Of a stretch of 64,000 bases of DNA, positions 1-9,831 are shown piece after piece (the first letter of the stretch is position 1; the number at the start of each line of letters is the position of its first letter). The notes under the pieces are model-generated. The model did not search any database and had not been told where the DNA came from. It worked only from the letters and a program-made list of their open reading frames with translations. Both the position numbers and the translations under genes were made by a program. Source of the DNA: a virus; IMG/VR virus record IMGVR_UViG_3300025133_000069, positions 1 through 64,000 of that record. One strand, given 5' to 3'.

Positions 1-1
1 A

Positions 2-688
2 ATGGAAAATAAAATTTGGCAGCAGGCCAGATTGATAGAGTACTACAATCAAGTTCCAATTATCCAGTTTATGTTTAAGAGTACTGAGGCTGATGATGTC
101 ATCGCGTATATTTCTCACATGAAGGGACTAGAGGATACTGAAAAATTAATTGTTTCGAGTGACAAAGACTTTTTTCAGTTGCTTACGACGAAGACGGTGC
201 AGTATCGCCCAATTCAAAAAGAAATTTTAAATCAGAATTCGATTCTTGAAAAATTTAATATCCATCCAGCTAATTTTGCCATGGCCCGAGCGATGGTCGG
301 TGATAAGTCTGATAATATCGATGGGGTTGATGGCTTGGGTTTAAAAACTGTTGCAAAACGTTTCCCTTTCTTGAAAGAAAATAAATCAGCTACATTTACA
401 GATTTATTGGAACATTGTGAACAAAGAGCAGAAGAAACAAATGTTAAAGCATATCAAAAAGTCTTGGAAAACGAAGACATCTTAAGAAGAAACTACCACA
501 TGATGCAACTCTATACTCCGATTCTCAGCATTGACGCAAAAAATATCATTCGTGACACTATTAAAAATCCTGATTGCTCTTTTAACAAAACAGAGTTAAT
601 TAAAATGATGATGAAGGATGGTTTTGGTGAAGTCAATTTTCTAGAACTTTTTCAACATTTTAATAAAATCTCCATAGACAATCGTTAG
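2..688 (+). CDS. 5'-3' exonuclease / flap endonuclease (PolA N-terminal or T4 RNase H-like), probably 5'-truncated by the window edge
   Basis: Motifs EADDVIA, IVSSDKDFFQL and GDKSDNIDGVDGLGLKT (helix-hairpin-helix) of the 5' nuclease family. Confidence 0.9.
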   Translation: MENKIWQQARLIEYYNQVPIIQFMFKSTEADDVIAYISHMKGLEDTEKLIVSSDKDFFQLLTTKTVQYRPIQKEILNQNSILEKFNIHPANFAMARAMVGDKSDNIDGVDGLGLKTVAKRFPFLKENKSATFTDLLEHCEQRAEETNVKAYQKVLENEDILRRNYHMMQLYTPILSIDAKNIIRDTIKNPDCSFNKTELIKMMMKDGFGEVNFLELFQHFNKISIDNR

Positions 689-726
689 ACTGTAACTAAA
701 ATATTAGGTACTGGAGGATAATATAA

Positions 727-2121
727 ATGACTAAAAACCTTGATTTCTCAAGGTACGGGAAACAGTTTCAAGAGTCCCTTGCACAAATGGTGCTTGAAGA
801 CCGTCCGTTTGCTGACCAAATTGAGGAGGTAATTGATACTCAGTTCTTCGAACTAGGTTATCTTCGCGTATTCGTATCAAAAATCTACGATTATCGTAGA
901 AAATATGGAGTGCATCCTACCAAGCAGATCCTAGCATCGATTTTGAGGACTGAGTTAAAAAATCACAACGATGCTGTACAAAAACAAGTAAGGGATTATT
1001 TTGCTAGGGTTTGTATCAAAAGCGTACAAGATGAACAGTATATTAAAGAGACTAGTTTAGATTTTTGTAAGAAACAGAAGCTTAAAGAAGCTTTAATGAA
1101 ATCGGTAGATTTAATACAAAATTCTTCTTATGATGAAGTGCGTCGGATTATCGACGTCGCCCTTAGGCTTGGCACAAATAACGATTTCGGACATGAGTTC
1201 TTGAAAGATTTTGAGTTGAGATATGAAATTAAGTCTAGAAATCCAATTTCTACAGGGTGGGAGAAGATTGACTCTCTAATGAACAACGGCCTAGGGTCTG
1301 GCGAGCTGGGTGTTATAATCGCGCCTACGGGAGCGGGCAAGTCGATGGCTTTATCTCATTTGGGTTCACATGCGGTCAAGGCTGGCAAAAATGTTGTTCA
1401 TTACACACTAGAACTCTCGGAGGCAGCAACTGGTCAAAGGTATGATAGTTGCATTAGCAAAGTGCCTTTGAGTGCCTTGTTTCATCAAAAGGAGGAAGTA
1501 TTGGAGGCGATTAGCGATTTGGAAGGTAGTTTGATTATTAAAGAGTATCCAACAAAGACTGCTTCTTCAAGTACCTTGCGTATGCACCTAGAAAAATTAA
1601 AAAAAAGAAATCATAAAATTGATATGATTTTAGTAGATTACGCTGACTTGCTTAAATCTGCTACAAGTTTTAAGGAGAAGCGTAATGAATTAGAATCTAT
1701 TTATGAAGACCTTCGTGCTATAGCACAAGAATTTAAGTGTCCGATATGGACAGCATCACAAACAAACCGATCAGGACTAAACGCAGAAGTTGTGACTATG
1801 GAATCAATCTCAGAAGCTTTTAACAAATGTTTTGTATCAGACTTTATTTGTTCTATTTCTAGAACAATCAAAGACAAAACTGCTAATACCGGACGGATGT
1901 TCGTTGCTAAAAATAGAAATGGCCCAGATGGACTAGTGTTTCCTATCTTCATGGATACGAGCAACGTACAAATAAAAGTCCTACCCAAGGTTGATAATCC
2001 AGTAATCTCTCTTCAAGCGCCTGGTGATTTAGCAGCTGAGCTTAGTGAGAAATATTTACAACAAAGAAATGCAAAAAAATATATGCGAACAGGAAAAATT
2101 AACAATGGAACTACAAAATAG
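727..2121 (+). CDS. Replicative DNA helicase, DnaB / T4 gp41-like
   Basis: Walker A APTGAGKS, YTLEL, ILVDYADLL, WTASQTNR, VAKNRNG; GGAGG RBS at ~712. Confidence 0.93.
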   Translation: MTKNLDFSRYGKQFQESLAQMVLEDRPFADQIEEVIDTQFFELGYLRVFVSKIYDYRRKYGVHPTKQILASILRTELKNHNDAVQKQVRDYFARVCIKSVQDEQYIKETSLDFCKKQKLKEALMKSVDLIQNSSYDEVRRIIDVALRLGTNNDFGHEFLKDFELRYEIKSRNPISTGWEKIDSLMNNGLGSGELGVIIAPTGAGKSMALSHLGSHAVKAGKNVVHYTLELSEAATGQRYDSCISKVPLSALFHQKEEVLEAISDLEGSLIIKEYPTKTASSSTLRMHLEKLKKRNHKIDMILVDYADLLKSATSFKEKRNELESIYEDLRAIAQEFKCPIWTASQTNRSGLNAEVVTMESISEAFNKCFVSDFICSISRTIKDKTANTGRMFVAKNRNGPDGLVFPIFMDTSNVQIKVLPKVDNPVISLQAPGDLAAELSEKYLQQRNAKKYMRTGKINNGTTK

Positions 2122-3961
2122 AATTCTATCGGATATCATAGTGCATATGAAATATGCAAAATATATTTCGAGCCTTGAAAGAAGAGAGACCTGGGAGGAG
2201 TTGGTAAGTCGGAATAAAAATATGCATCTTAAAAAATATCCTAATTTAGGGAAAGAGATTAAAGAAGCATATAATTATGTCTATGAAAAAAAAGTTTTAC
2301 CATCTATGCGGTCCATGCAATTCAGTGGCAAGCCGATTGAAGTGGCACCTAACAGGATATATAACTGTGCTTACATGCCTATCGATCATATCGCTTCTTT
2401 TTCTGAGTGCATGTTTCTCCTTCTCGGCGGCACTGGTGTTGGATTTTCTGTCCAAAGGCATCATGTTGATAAGCTCCCCGAAATTCAGAAGCCGAATTCG
2501 AAAAGATTTCGAAGGTTTCTTATCGGAGATTCGATCGAAGGGTGGTCCGATTCAATAAAAACCCTAATTCAAACTTACTTTAAAGGAGGGTCAAAAATAA
2601 AATTTGATTTTTCTGATATCCGTCCGAAAGGAAGCAGACTAGTTACTAGCGGAGGCAAAGCTCCCGGCCCTCAGCCGTTGAAAGAATGTCTCCTTAAGAT
2701 TCAGGGTATCCTTGATGAAAAGGATAATGGAGACAAGCTTGAGCCTATCGAAGTACACGACATTGTTTGTTATATTGCTGATGCTGTTCTTGCCGGGGGG
2801 ATTCGCCGGGCTGCTCTTATTTCGCTTTTTTCCGCAGACGATGAGGAGATGCTTGCCGCAAAGACAGGTAATTGGTGGGAAACAAGTCCTCAGCGAGGAA
2901 GAGCCAACAATTCAGTTGTCCTCATGCGACATCTGATTACTCGTGATTTCTTTATGGAAATATGGGACCGTGTTAAAGAATCTGGCTCCGGCGAGCCTGG
3001 TTTTTACTTTTCTAATGACAAGGACTGGGGCACCAACCCTTGTTGTGAGATTGCTCTAAGGCCTTATCAATTTTGTAATTTAACAGAGATAAATGTTTCT
3101 GATGTAGAAACACAAGAAGAATATGAAAACAGAGCAAGAGTGGCGTCTCTTATTGGCACTCTTCAGGCTGGGTATACTGATTTTCATTATCTTAGAGATG
3201 TTTGGAATCGAACCACAGAAAAAGACTCGCTTATTGGCGTGTCAATGACTGGAATTGCATCTGGCAAGGTATTGGATTTAGACATGAAAGCCGCTTCACT
3301 CGTTGTCAAAAAAGAAAATCGTCGGGTGTCGCGCGCTATTGGCATTAAACCCGCAGCGCGTACTACCTGTGTAAAACCAGCTGGAACAACTTCTCTTACT
3401 TTGGGCACTTCTTCTGGTATACACGCCTGGCATAATGACCACTATGTTCGTCGCATGAGAGTTGGTAAAAATGAGACGATTTATGCCCACCTTGCAGCTA
3501 ACCACCCAGAATTGGTCGAGGATGAATATTTTAGGCCACATGACACTGCTGTCATAACGATACCTCAAAAAGCCCCGGAAGGCGCAATCACTCGGTCAGA
3601 AAGTTCTTTACAACTTTTGAAAAGAATTAAGAAAGTTACAGAAGAGTGGGTAAAGCCAGGACATCATAGAGGGCAAAATACACATAACGTTTCTGCAACA
3701 ATTTCTATCAAAGATACTGAATGGATCGATGTCGGAGAGTGGATGTGGGAAAATCGTGATTGCTACAATGGTCTTTCTGTTATCCCGTATACTGATCATG
3801 TTTATAGACAGCCACCTTTTGAGGACTGCTCACCGGAAAAATATGAAGTACTTTCGTCTGCTCTAGGAGAAGTTAATTTAGCACAGATAGTAGAGTTAGA
3901 AGATAGCACAAATTTAGGTGGTGAGCTAGCTTGCTCTGGCGCTTCGTGCGAAATATTTTAA
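2105..3961 (+). CDS. nrdJ: Class II (adenosylcobalamin-dependent, monomeric type) ribonucleotide reductase
   Basis: VLPSMR, YNCAY, GTGVGFS, TNPCCEI, CNLTE, TCVKPAGTTS, C-terminal ACSGASCE; likely start ATG 2105 overlapping the helicase end. Confidence 0.92.
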   Translation: MELQNRILSDIIVHMKYAKYISSLERRETWEELVSRNKNMHLKKYPNLGKEIKEAYNYVYEKKVLPSMRSMQFSGKPIEVAPNRIYNCAYMPIDHIASFSECMFLLLGGTGVGFSVQRHHVDKLPEIQKPNSKRFRRFLIGDSIEGWSDSIKTLIQTYFKGGSKIKFDFSDIRPKGSRLVTSGGKAPGPQPLKECLLKIQGILDEKDNGDKLEPIEVHDIVCYIADAVLAGGIRRAALISLFSADDEEMLAAKTGNWWETSPQRGRANNSVVLMRHLITRDFFMEIWDRVKESGSGEPGFYFSNDKDWGTNPCCEIALRPYQFCNLTEINVSDVETQEEYENRARVASLIGTLQAGYTDFHYLRDVWNRTTEKDSLIGVSMTGIASGKVLDLDMKAASLVVKKENRRVSRAIGIKPAARTTCVKPAGTTSLTLGTSSGIHAWHNDHYVRRMRVGKNETIYAHLAANHPELVEDEYFRPHDTAVITIPQKAPEGAITRSESSLQLLKRIKKVTEEWVKPGHHRGQNTHNVSATISIKDTEWIDVGEWMWENRDCYNGLSVIPYTDHVYRQPPFEDCSPEKYEVLSSALGEVNLAQIVELEDSTNLGGELACSGASCEIF

Positions 3962-4008
3962 CATTTTTATATAAGTTACTATATTATCTGTACCTAAGGA
4001 GGTAAAAA

Positions 4009-4251
4009 ATGAGTGATTTAACTACTGAAGAATACGTTGTGGAGTACATTAAGGCTTTTAAGGCTGTCGAAGATGAAATGGAACCCTATAAGGAACACAA
4101 GAGAGATTTACGAAAGAACTACGTACAAAATGGCTGGCTTTCCAAGGATGAAGTGCGCCAGGCTGTTCGTGCTTATCGTATGCTGTCTAAAGGTGACGAT
4201 ATTAACCAGTTTGCTGATTATTATGATAAACTAAGTAAGAAGATTTCGTAA
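4009..4251 (+). CDS. Small helical protein, possibly a GapR/DUF2312- or T4 DsbA-like dsDNA-binding protein
   Basis: 80 aa helical pattern; strong AAGGAGG RBS; family call is weak. Confidence 0.4.
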   Translation: MSDLTTEEYVVEYIKAFKAVEDEMEPYKEHKRDLRKNYVQNGWLSKDEVRQAVRAYRMLSKGDDINQFADYYDKLSKKIS

Positions 4252-4258
4252 GTCTGTT

Positions 4259-4525
4259 ATGTTATATCCTTTAAACAAATATTTGGTGGTAAAACCAATC
4301 GATGAGGTCAAAAAGCAATCAGGCATTTTAGTGCCTGAGGGCGCCGAGCTTGAAGCTTCAACATTCAAGCTCGTGCAGATAGTGCAGCCTAATCTAGATT
4401 CTAGATTGGATATTGGAATGAAAATTTTAGTACCGACTCATATGATTGAAGAAGCTTCTTTTTTCGGAGAACAATACTATTTAGTAACAGAAAATCATGT
4501 AGTTGGCTTCTACAAAGAGAAATAA
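4259..4525 (+). CDS. groES: Co-chaperonin GroES (cpn10)-like
   Basis: LYPLNKYLVVKP...SGILVP N-terminus, 88 aa, terminal YLVTENHVVG. Confidence 0.8.
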   Translation: MLYPLNKYLVVKPIDEVKKQSGILVPEGAELEASTFKLVQIVQPNLDSRLDIGMKILVPTHMIEEASFFGEQYYLVTENHVVGFYKEK

Positions 4526-4542
4526 GCCGCGTTGGTGTAGTT

Positions 4543-5196
4543 ATGAGATATATATTATTAGTGTTGTTGACAGCATCTGTTGCTGTCCCTTCTCCTGCCG
4601 TTGCAAGGGGTTTTGTCAAACCCATCCAGAGCGTGGAAACCGAGAAAGGACCCAGCTACGATGAGCTTCATGACGAGGCTTTGTTCAGTTGTCCTTGGGC
4701 AAAAATGACCCATGAAAAGGAAGGCATTATTTCTCAACTAATCGAGATTGAGAAGTCTTTTAACCCCCCGCCTAAGATGCGTGGTATGCTCTTGGCAGCT
4801 GCATGCATGGAGTCCGGTTATAACCCGTCCGCCAAGGGCGATCGAAAATTTAGTAAATCTAAAAAGAAGCCCATGGCCATCGGGCTTCTGCAGCAGTGGC
4901 CAATCTATGAAAAGATGTACCCAGGCATGGACAGGACTAACCCGAAAGATGCTGCGAATACCTGGATGAAACATATTATTAAAATGATTCCCAGGGTAAA
5001 GAGGGATTGCAAATACAGGACGGATGCAAGAATCTGGCTAGCGGCATGGGTGACTGGGATTCGCTCTAAGAAGGTCGGCGGGCGATGCAACGAAAGGCCC
5101 CTTCACTATCGTCTGCTTCAACGTTGGCACAAGAATATCAAAAAAGCTCGCAAGGCTGCAACTGACTGTGAGGGCCAGGATGGACGCGGCTGTTGA
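4543..5196 (+). CDS. Secreted lytic transglycosylase (SLT / lysozyme-like fold)
   Basis: Signal peptide; MESGYNPSAKGD (catalytic Glu motif) and AIGLLQ. Confidence 0.75.
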   Translation: MRYILLVLLTASVAVPSPAVARGFVKPIQSVETEKGPSYDELHDEALFSCPWAKMTHEKEGIISQLIEIEKSFNPPPKMRGMLLAAACMESGYNPSAKGDRKFSKSKKKPMAIGLLQQWPIYEKMYPGMDRTNPKDAANTWMKHIIKMIPRVKRDCKYRTDARIWLAAWVTGIRSKKVGGRCNERPLHYRLLQRWHKNIKKARKAATDCEGQDGRGC

Positions 5197-5827
5197 TTAT
5201 GAGTGGGGAATTGTTGTTATCGGTGCTGATTTGGATGCTATTAGATTCGCTCACGACAACAAACACTTTCTGATTAGGAACCGGTTGCCCCATCATCACT
5301 CATACGAGGGTGCTGAACAGGAGTGGGCTGAGAAAATTTACCAGCTTTACGAAATAGCTCTTGTACCATTTACAGATAAATCGAACAATATAAGAATATT
5401 CCCAGAAGAAAAAATTCTTAAGGTTTTTACAGATCGTAACGTATACACAGTAAGCTACGATAAATTACATTTATATGATGATGAAAATGTCGAAGGCCTT
5501 TCGTTAGATCGAGATCTAATTCATTATCGTGTGGTTGATTGGTTTGATTGCCAGGGTCTATACGATCTAGATTTTGACGAGATCACAACTGATGATAAAT
5601 TTGTTCATTTGATAAGGTTTTTCAAGACTCGTCGCATTGATGGTGATCAGAGATACCTTGACCTGTTATGTGAGTCATTTTTAACTGATTATCAGTTAAA
5701 AAACTTTGATTACAGCGATACTATGGCCAGGTTTAAGATCGCGGATTTGCTTAAAAAACGTGGGATTAGCAAGATCAAGATGTCTCTATGGAAAAGAGAT
5801 ATATATCCAGTTTACAAGACTATTTAG
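5180..5827 (+). CDS. Hypothetical protein with a degenerate Rossmann-like start
   Basis: ORF track; IVVIGADLDA resembles a beta-alpha nucleotide-binding start. Confidence 0.6.
   Translation: MDAAVDYEWGIVVIGADLDAIRFAHDNKHFLIRNRLPHHHSYEGAEQEWAEKIYQLYEIALVPFTDKSNNIRIFPEEKILKVFTDRNVYTVSYDKLHLYDDENVEGLSLDRDLIHYRVVDWFDCQGLYDLDFDEITTDDKFVHLIRFFKTRRIDGDQRYLDLLCESFLTDYQLKNFDYSDTMARFKIADLLKKRGISKIKMSLWKRDIYPVYKTI
5819..5826 (+). promoter_or_regulatory. Putative late promoter box ACTATTTA (leaderless configuration)
   Basis: 12 nt before ATG 5831 with no SD; the box recurs before many genes. Confidence 0.6.
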
Positions 5828-5830
5828 AGT

Positions 5831-6616
5831 ATGCAGTTTATAACAAAGTCCAAACTCAAACAAATAATACAAGAAGAGCTATCTGCAACGCTATTTGGCC
5901 AATGGACTTCGGGCGGTTTGCAAGCTGCTATAGATCGTGGAGATAAACCACGAAGACCGAACGATATTAGTGATTATATGTGGGAAGAAAGCATTAGTCG
6001 ATGTCTGAATGGTGAAAGTGAATATTGCCCTATGAACCATGGTGTTATAAGAAGGTCAGAAGTACCAGCTGAAAGAAGGCCTAGGCGCGGTATTGAACCC
6101 ACACCGAAACCTAAAAGACGTGTGTACACAGAAGATGACGAAGTATACCCAGATATTACAGATCATATACTAGGAAATATTTGGTTTCACGCTACTAGAA
6201 GACACCAGGGATATCCGTTGGTGCGCCAGTTGTCACCCGACGGTTACGTGGCGTACGCGCCGCTATGGCGCCGGCGCCCGTCGAAGTTTACGCGGTGGGT
6301 TGAGCGCATGGTGAGGGCCGATCTGGGGCATCCGGACCTTCTGGAGATCTTCGGTACTGATATCGGATCCGGATCCGGCGAGGGCGCGTCGGAAACTGGT
6401 AATGATCGGCAAAAACTGGCCTATTATTTAATTATATGGAATAAGCTAGCATGGTGGGCGCGCAGAAATGGTTATAGGCGATTAATAAAATATCCGTCGT
6501 GGGAAGCACGGTTCGCCCGGGAGCTTAAACATCATTATCGTGCCGGCTCCGAGGAGACAAAAGCATGGGAGAAAGCAACCAAACGTGGATCTTGGCGCCC
6601 AAAAACTAATTACTAG
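5831..6616 (+). CDS. Leader-A cargo protein, function unknown
   Basis: Starts MQFITKSKLKQIIQEEL; Cys module RCLNGESEYCP shared with the 8016 ORF. Confidence 0.8.
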   Translation: MQFITKSKLKQIIQEELSATLFGQWTSGGLQAAIDRGDKPRRPNDISDYMWEESISRCLNGESEYCPMNHGVIRRSEVPAERRPRRGIEPTPKPKRRVYTEDDEVYPDITDHILGNIWFHATRRHQGYPLVRQLSPDGYVAYAPLWRRRPSKFTRWVERMVRADLGHPDLLEIFGTDIGSGSGEGASETGNDRQKLAYYLIIWNKLAWWARRNGYRRLIKYPSWEARFARELKHHYRAGSEETKAWEKATKRGSWRPKTNY

Positions 6617-6617
6617 C

Positions 6618-7832
6618 ATGAAACTCATACTTGAAAACTGGCGATCATATTTAAACGAACTTGAGACCGATACCGGAGAGGCTAGCGTTGGCTTGGAAAA
6701 GAAGTCAATGTATGAGAAAGACAGAGAAGTACATAAAGTTAAAGTTGAACGAGAAATACGCAAAGCAAAAAAGAAATATTCTCATTCTTTGTCTGTTGGC
6801 CGATCTTATAAAAAGATTATAGAATTTTTGGTTCGAACCACAAAATTGAGCAAACAAGAAGCAAAGTTCCACTATTTGGGATCTATTTTGCCGGCCCTGC
6901 TGCACGAAATAAAAAATGTTAAATACGATTTTGAACAGCTCCCTGGAAAAACGACATATGGCGCGTTTACAGTAGAAGGTGGAGCACGTATAATAATTGA
7001 TGTAAGGTTTACTGATCCTTGGCATGAAGACTGGAAACGGTGGGCGCCTAGGTCGAGGGCGACAGAAAAGCCAACTCTAGAGAATACTTACCCTTCGAAG
7101 GGCGTACCATGGCCAATGGGTGTTTCCGCGGATACGCCGGCGGTGGAGGAGTGGCCACTTAAAATGGGAGGCAATCTGGTATTAACGACTTTTATTCATG
7201 AGCTTGGGCACTTTATTGATTACCTCTGGACCACGGAAAAGATTAAATATCCTGGTAAAGCTTGTGATGCGTTGCCCTATTTTGATATGCATTCAGATAA
7301 AGAATGGAAAATGCAGCATTGCACGCCGGCTGAATTACAAAGAAAAGATTTGGGGAGGCTTTATAAGGATTTTCTGGAACTTACGTACGGCGAAAGGAAA
7401 ACAGGTAAACTAACAAGAACAAAAGCAGAATATAAATCTGATCTGCACGAAGCTGCCGCACATGTAAGAGAAATTTTTATTACTTTGGACCGCGATGTCA
7501 CACTTAAAGAATTAAAGCTTGTGTGTGAATTTAAAGAGTGGACTAGGCAGGCCGATGCCGAGGGTCAAGCGGCAGGCCGGCCGGTCATCGATTGGGAGAA
7601 AATATCAAAAACATGGCAGCTTAGGGGGCGGGGCTATGGGGGCGCGCCGCGGACAAAGACCAGCAGGATGGGCACGCCATTGTTCCGCGCTGGCTGGGAC
7701 TATTCTCTATTATTTAAAAATCAGTTTATTCAACAACTCAACTGTAAGCGCTTAACGAAAGAACGAGTCGACGCGTTGAATCGAGTAACAAAAGTCGATC
7801 CTTCTAAGTTGCCTGGTAGGGAATACGCATAA
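6618..7832 (+). CDS. Leader-B cargo protein with zincin HExxH metallopeptidase motif
   Basis: True start ATG 6618 MKLILENWRSYLNE; TFIHELGH and downstream HEAAA; ACTAATTA box at 6605. Confidence 0.75.
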   Translation: MKLILENWRSYLNELETDTGEASVGLEKKSMYEKDREVHKVKVEREIRKAKKKYSHSLSVGRSYKKIIEFLVRTTKLSKQEAKFHYLGSILPALLHEIKNVKYDFEQLPGKTTYGAFTVEGGARIIIDVRFTDPWHEDWKRWAPRSRATEKPTLENTYPSKGVPWPMGVSADTPAVEEWPLKMGGNLVLTTFIHELGHFIDYLWTTEKIKYPGKACDALPYFDMHSDKEWKMQHCTPAELQRKDLGRLYKDFLELTYGERKTGKLTRTKAEYKSDLHEAAAHVREIFITLDRDVTLKELKLVCEFKEWTRQADAEGQAAGRPVIDWEKISKTWQLRGRGYGGAPRTKTSRMGTPLFRAGWDYSLLFKNQFIQQLNCKRLTKERVDALNRVTKVDPSKLPGREYA

Positions 7833-7835
7833 TTT

Positions 7836-7934
7836 TTAGTACTTATCTTTTAAGGCTGCATATACAAAAACTAATATAGCACTTAAGTAAAGCAATACTT
7901 CAAATCCTATCTTAAGCCATTCAACCCTGTTCAT
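7836..7934 (-). CDS. 32-aa single-TM micropeptide MNRVEWLKIGFEVLLYLSAILVFVYAALKDKY
   Basis: Hand-translated; fills the intergenic gap; hydrophobic core. Confidence 0.45.
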   Translation of the reverse strand: MNRVEWLKIGFEVLLYLSAILVFVYAALKDKY

Positions 7935-8015
7935 ACTATAAAAAGCATCTCATATAAAAAAATACCCAGTAATATTTTAAAAACTAATTAATATTGCAAA
8001 CTCGGGATCTTTATT

Positions 8016-9788
8016 ATGAAAATTACCAAGCCTCTTATACGACTAATCGAAGAAGAGCTAGCAGCTGTTTTGGAAGAGCAAATAACTGATCCGGACGCAC
8101 CACTCATGACCGTCCCTGATGCTGCAGCTGGTCCGGACGAATATTCGCATGAACTTCCTGATCCTGTGGAACATCGGCCGGGCGATGAGGTTGATTTGTA
8201 TGTATATGCTGGTGAGCAGGACGGAGAGGAGGACGTTGCAACCAAAGAAGCCGTGAGGTGGCTTAGGGAGGAAGGGTACCCTTTCTGGTATTATGACGTC
8301 ATGGGAGGACCTTCTGATCAGCCCGCCATGGCTTTTCAAGGGGAGCGCTATAATCAAGAAGAGTATGAAGCAAGTGAATATTATTCACCTTGGGAGGATG
8401 AAGGAGACTTGGTGGATAGTCTAAGGAATCCCGCGGCGGTGGCGCGAGATGATGCAATGCGAGCTTTTTCGGAATTGAAAACTCATATAGGCATATGCAA
8501 TAGATATCCTGTTAACACGGTACCAGGCTGTGCATATGCCGATCCGATAGGAGCGGGATGGCCAGTCTTTTTATTTACTAAAAAAGGCGCATCTAAAATA
8601 TCTCGCCCTCCTGAGTTTCGTCGAGGTTGGAGTGAGGAAGTGAAAGGCTGGTTGCAAGGTATGTTTGGTTCGGGGTATATAAAAAGGAAAAAATTACCGC
8701 GACATCCCCGGAGATCGAGGCCACCAACGCGCTGGCCTGAGCATATTCTTGAGCCATTACTGAAGACACATGGTGGAAAACAGGAAAAAATTACTGAAAC
8801 AACTCTCAAACAATTAATTAAAGAAATACTTGATGATGCATTCAATCCTGAATATTCAGGTTTGAATTTATATACCCCCGAAGAAATTTTGCGAGATGAC
8901 CCTATGGCACCGCCTGGTTTTGATCCTGAAGTTTGGGAAACAGCCAAGAGAAGATGCGTGGATGGTGAAACATGGTATTGCCCGCATAAAAGAAGCGGCT
9001 CACGTCGTGGGGTCCGTTGGGAAGAAGAGCCTCGTCGATCCAGGCGTGGTATAGAATATCCTGTCCCTCGTCCTCCTGTTCCCGTGCAATGGTACCCTAA
9101 AGTAGGGGCGCTTGCAAAAGTTATGGCGAAGATCGAGTGGTGTGATCAGATCTACGATCGGCATGGGGTTCCGGCGCGTGGCGAGCGAGGGTCGCCGGCA
9201 TATAGGCGAGAGCAACGTAAATGTGATAAAAGTGCACTGGCAGCTGCTGTGGGTTCAGATTTTATTCCTATCTTTAAAAAAGGAAGGGAAGGAAGCTATA
9301 ACTTGGAAGCTTGGACGTCAATTTCACCTCATCCCGGAATGACTTATGATTGGGGTGGGTCTCCGGTGGAGAAAGGAACGCCGGGGGAGCGATGGGCGGA
9401 AGCTTCGGAATTTGATGATTGGGGTTGGCACGGCGCCGAAACGTTAAGTTTGGCCAGGGAGATATTGCAATATCGACATGGAATCGATCGCGAAGCGGAG
9501 TGGGATGACCCGCGGCAATATGCCATGTCACCTGAAGAAAGACAATTAAAATTTAAAAAAGGCCGCCATCCAATGAGCAAGAAGCTGGCGCCTTGGTTGT
9601 ATGATGTGGATAATGTACCTGATCATGAAGTGGTTGGTCGGCACATGGCAAGATATCCACACTATGCTGAATATCTGTTGGAGTATTATTTGGATCTCGT
9701 GCGTTATCAAGGTGGCGATGCAAATAAAAAGCCACCAGGGATCTCAAGCAGAAAATGGAATAAGCTTAAACCATCAATCCCAGAATGA
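8016..9788 (+). CDS. Leader-A cargo protein, apparent fusion of two cassettes; N-half possibly glutaredoxin-like without CxxC
   Basis: MKITKPLIRLIEEEL; internal second leader KITETTLKQLIKEIL at ~8787; ACTAATTA at 7983. Confidence 0.75.
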   Translation: MKITKPLIRLIEEELAAVLEEQITDPDAPLMTVPDAAAGPDEYSHELPDPVEHRPGDEVDLYVYAGEQDGEEDVATKEAVRWLREEGYPFWYYDVMGGPSDQPAMAFQGERYNQEEYEASEYYSPWEDEGDLVDSLRNPAAVARDDAMRAFSELKTHIGICNRYPVNTVPGCAYADPIGAGWPVFLFTKKGASKISRPPEFRRGWSEEVKGWLQGMFGSGYIKRKKLPRHPRRSRPPTRWPEHILEPLLKTHGGKQEKITETTLKQLIKEILDDAFNPEYSGLNLYTPEEILRDDPMAPPGFDPEVWETAKRRCVDGETWYCPHKRSGSRRGVRWEEEPRRSRRGIEYPVPRPPVPVQWYPKVGALAKVMAKIEWCDQIYDRHGVPARGERGSPAYRREQRKCDKSALAAAVGSDFIPIFKKGREGSYNLEAWTSISPHPGMTYDWGGSPVEKGTPGERWAEASEFDDWGWHGAETLSLAREILQYRHGIDREAEWDDPRQYAMSPEERQLKFKKGRHPMSKKLAPWLYDVDNVPDHEVVGRHMARYPHYAEYLLEYYLDLVRYQGGDANKKPPGISSRKWNKLKPSIPE

Positions 9789-9831
9789 ACCTTTATAACT
9801 ATATAGTATTAAGCCCTTGGAGAAACTAAAT

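Noticed and set aside
727-3961. Inteins or introns in the helicase or RNR
   Set aside because: Lengths are typical, motifs are contiguous, and there is no splice-junction or homing-endonuclease signature.
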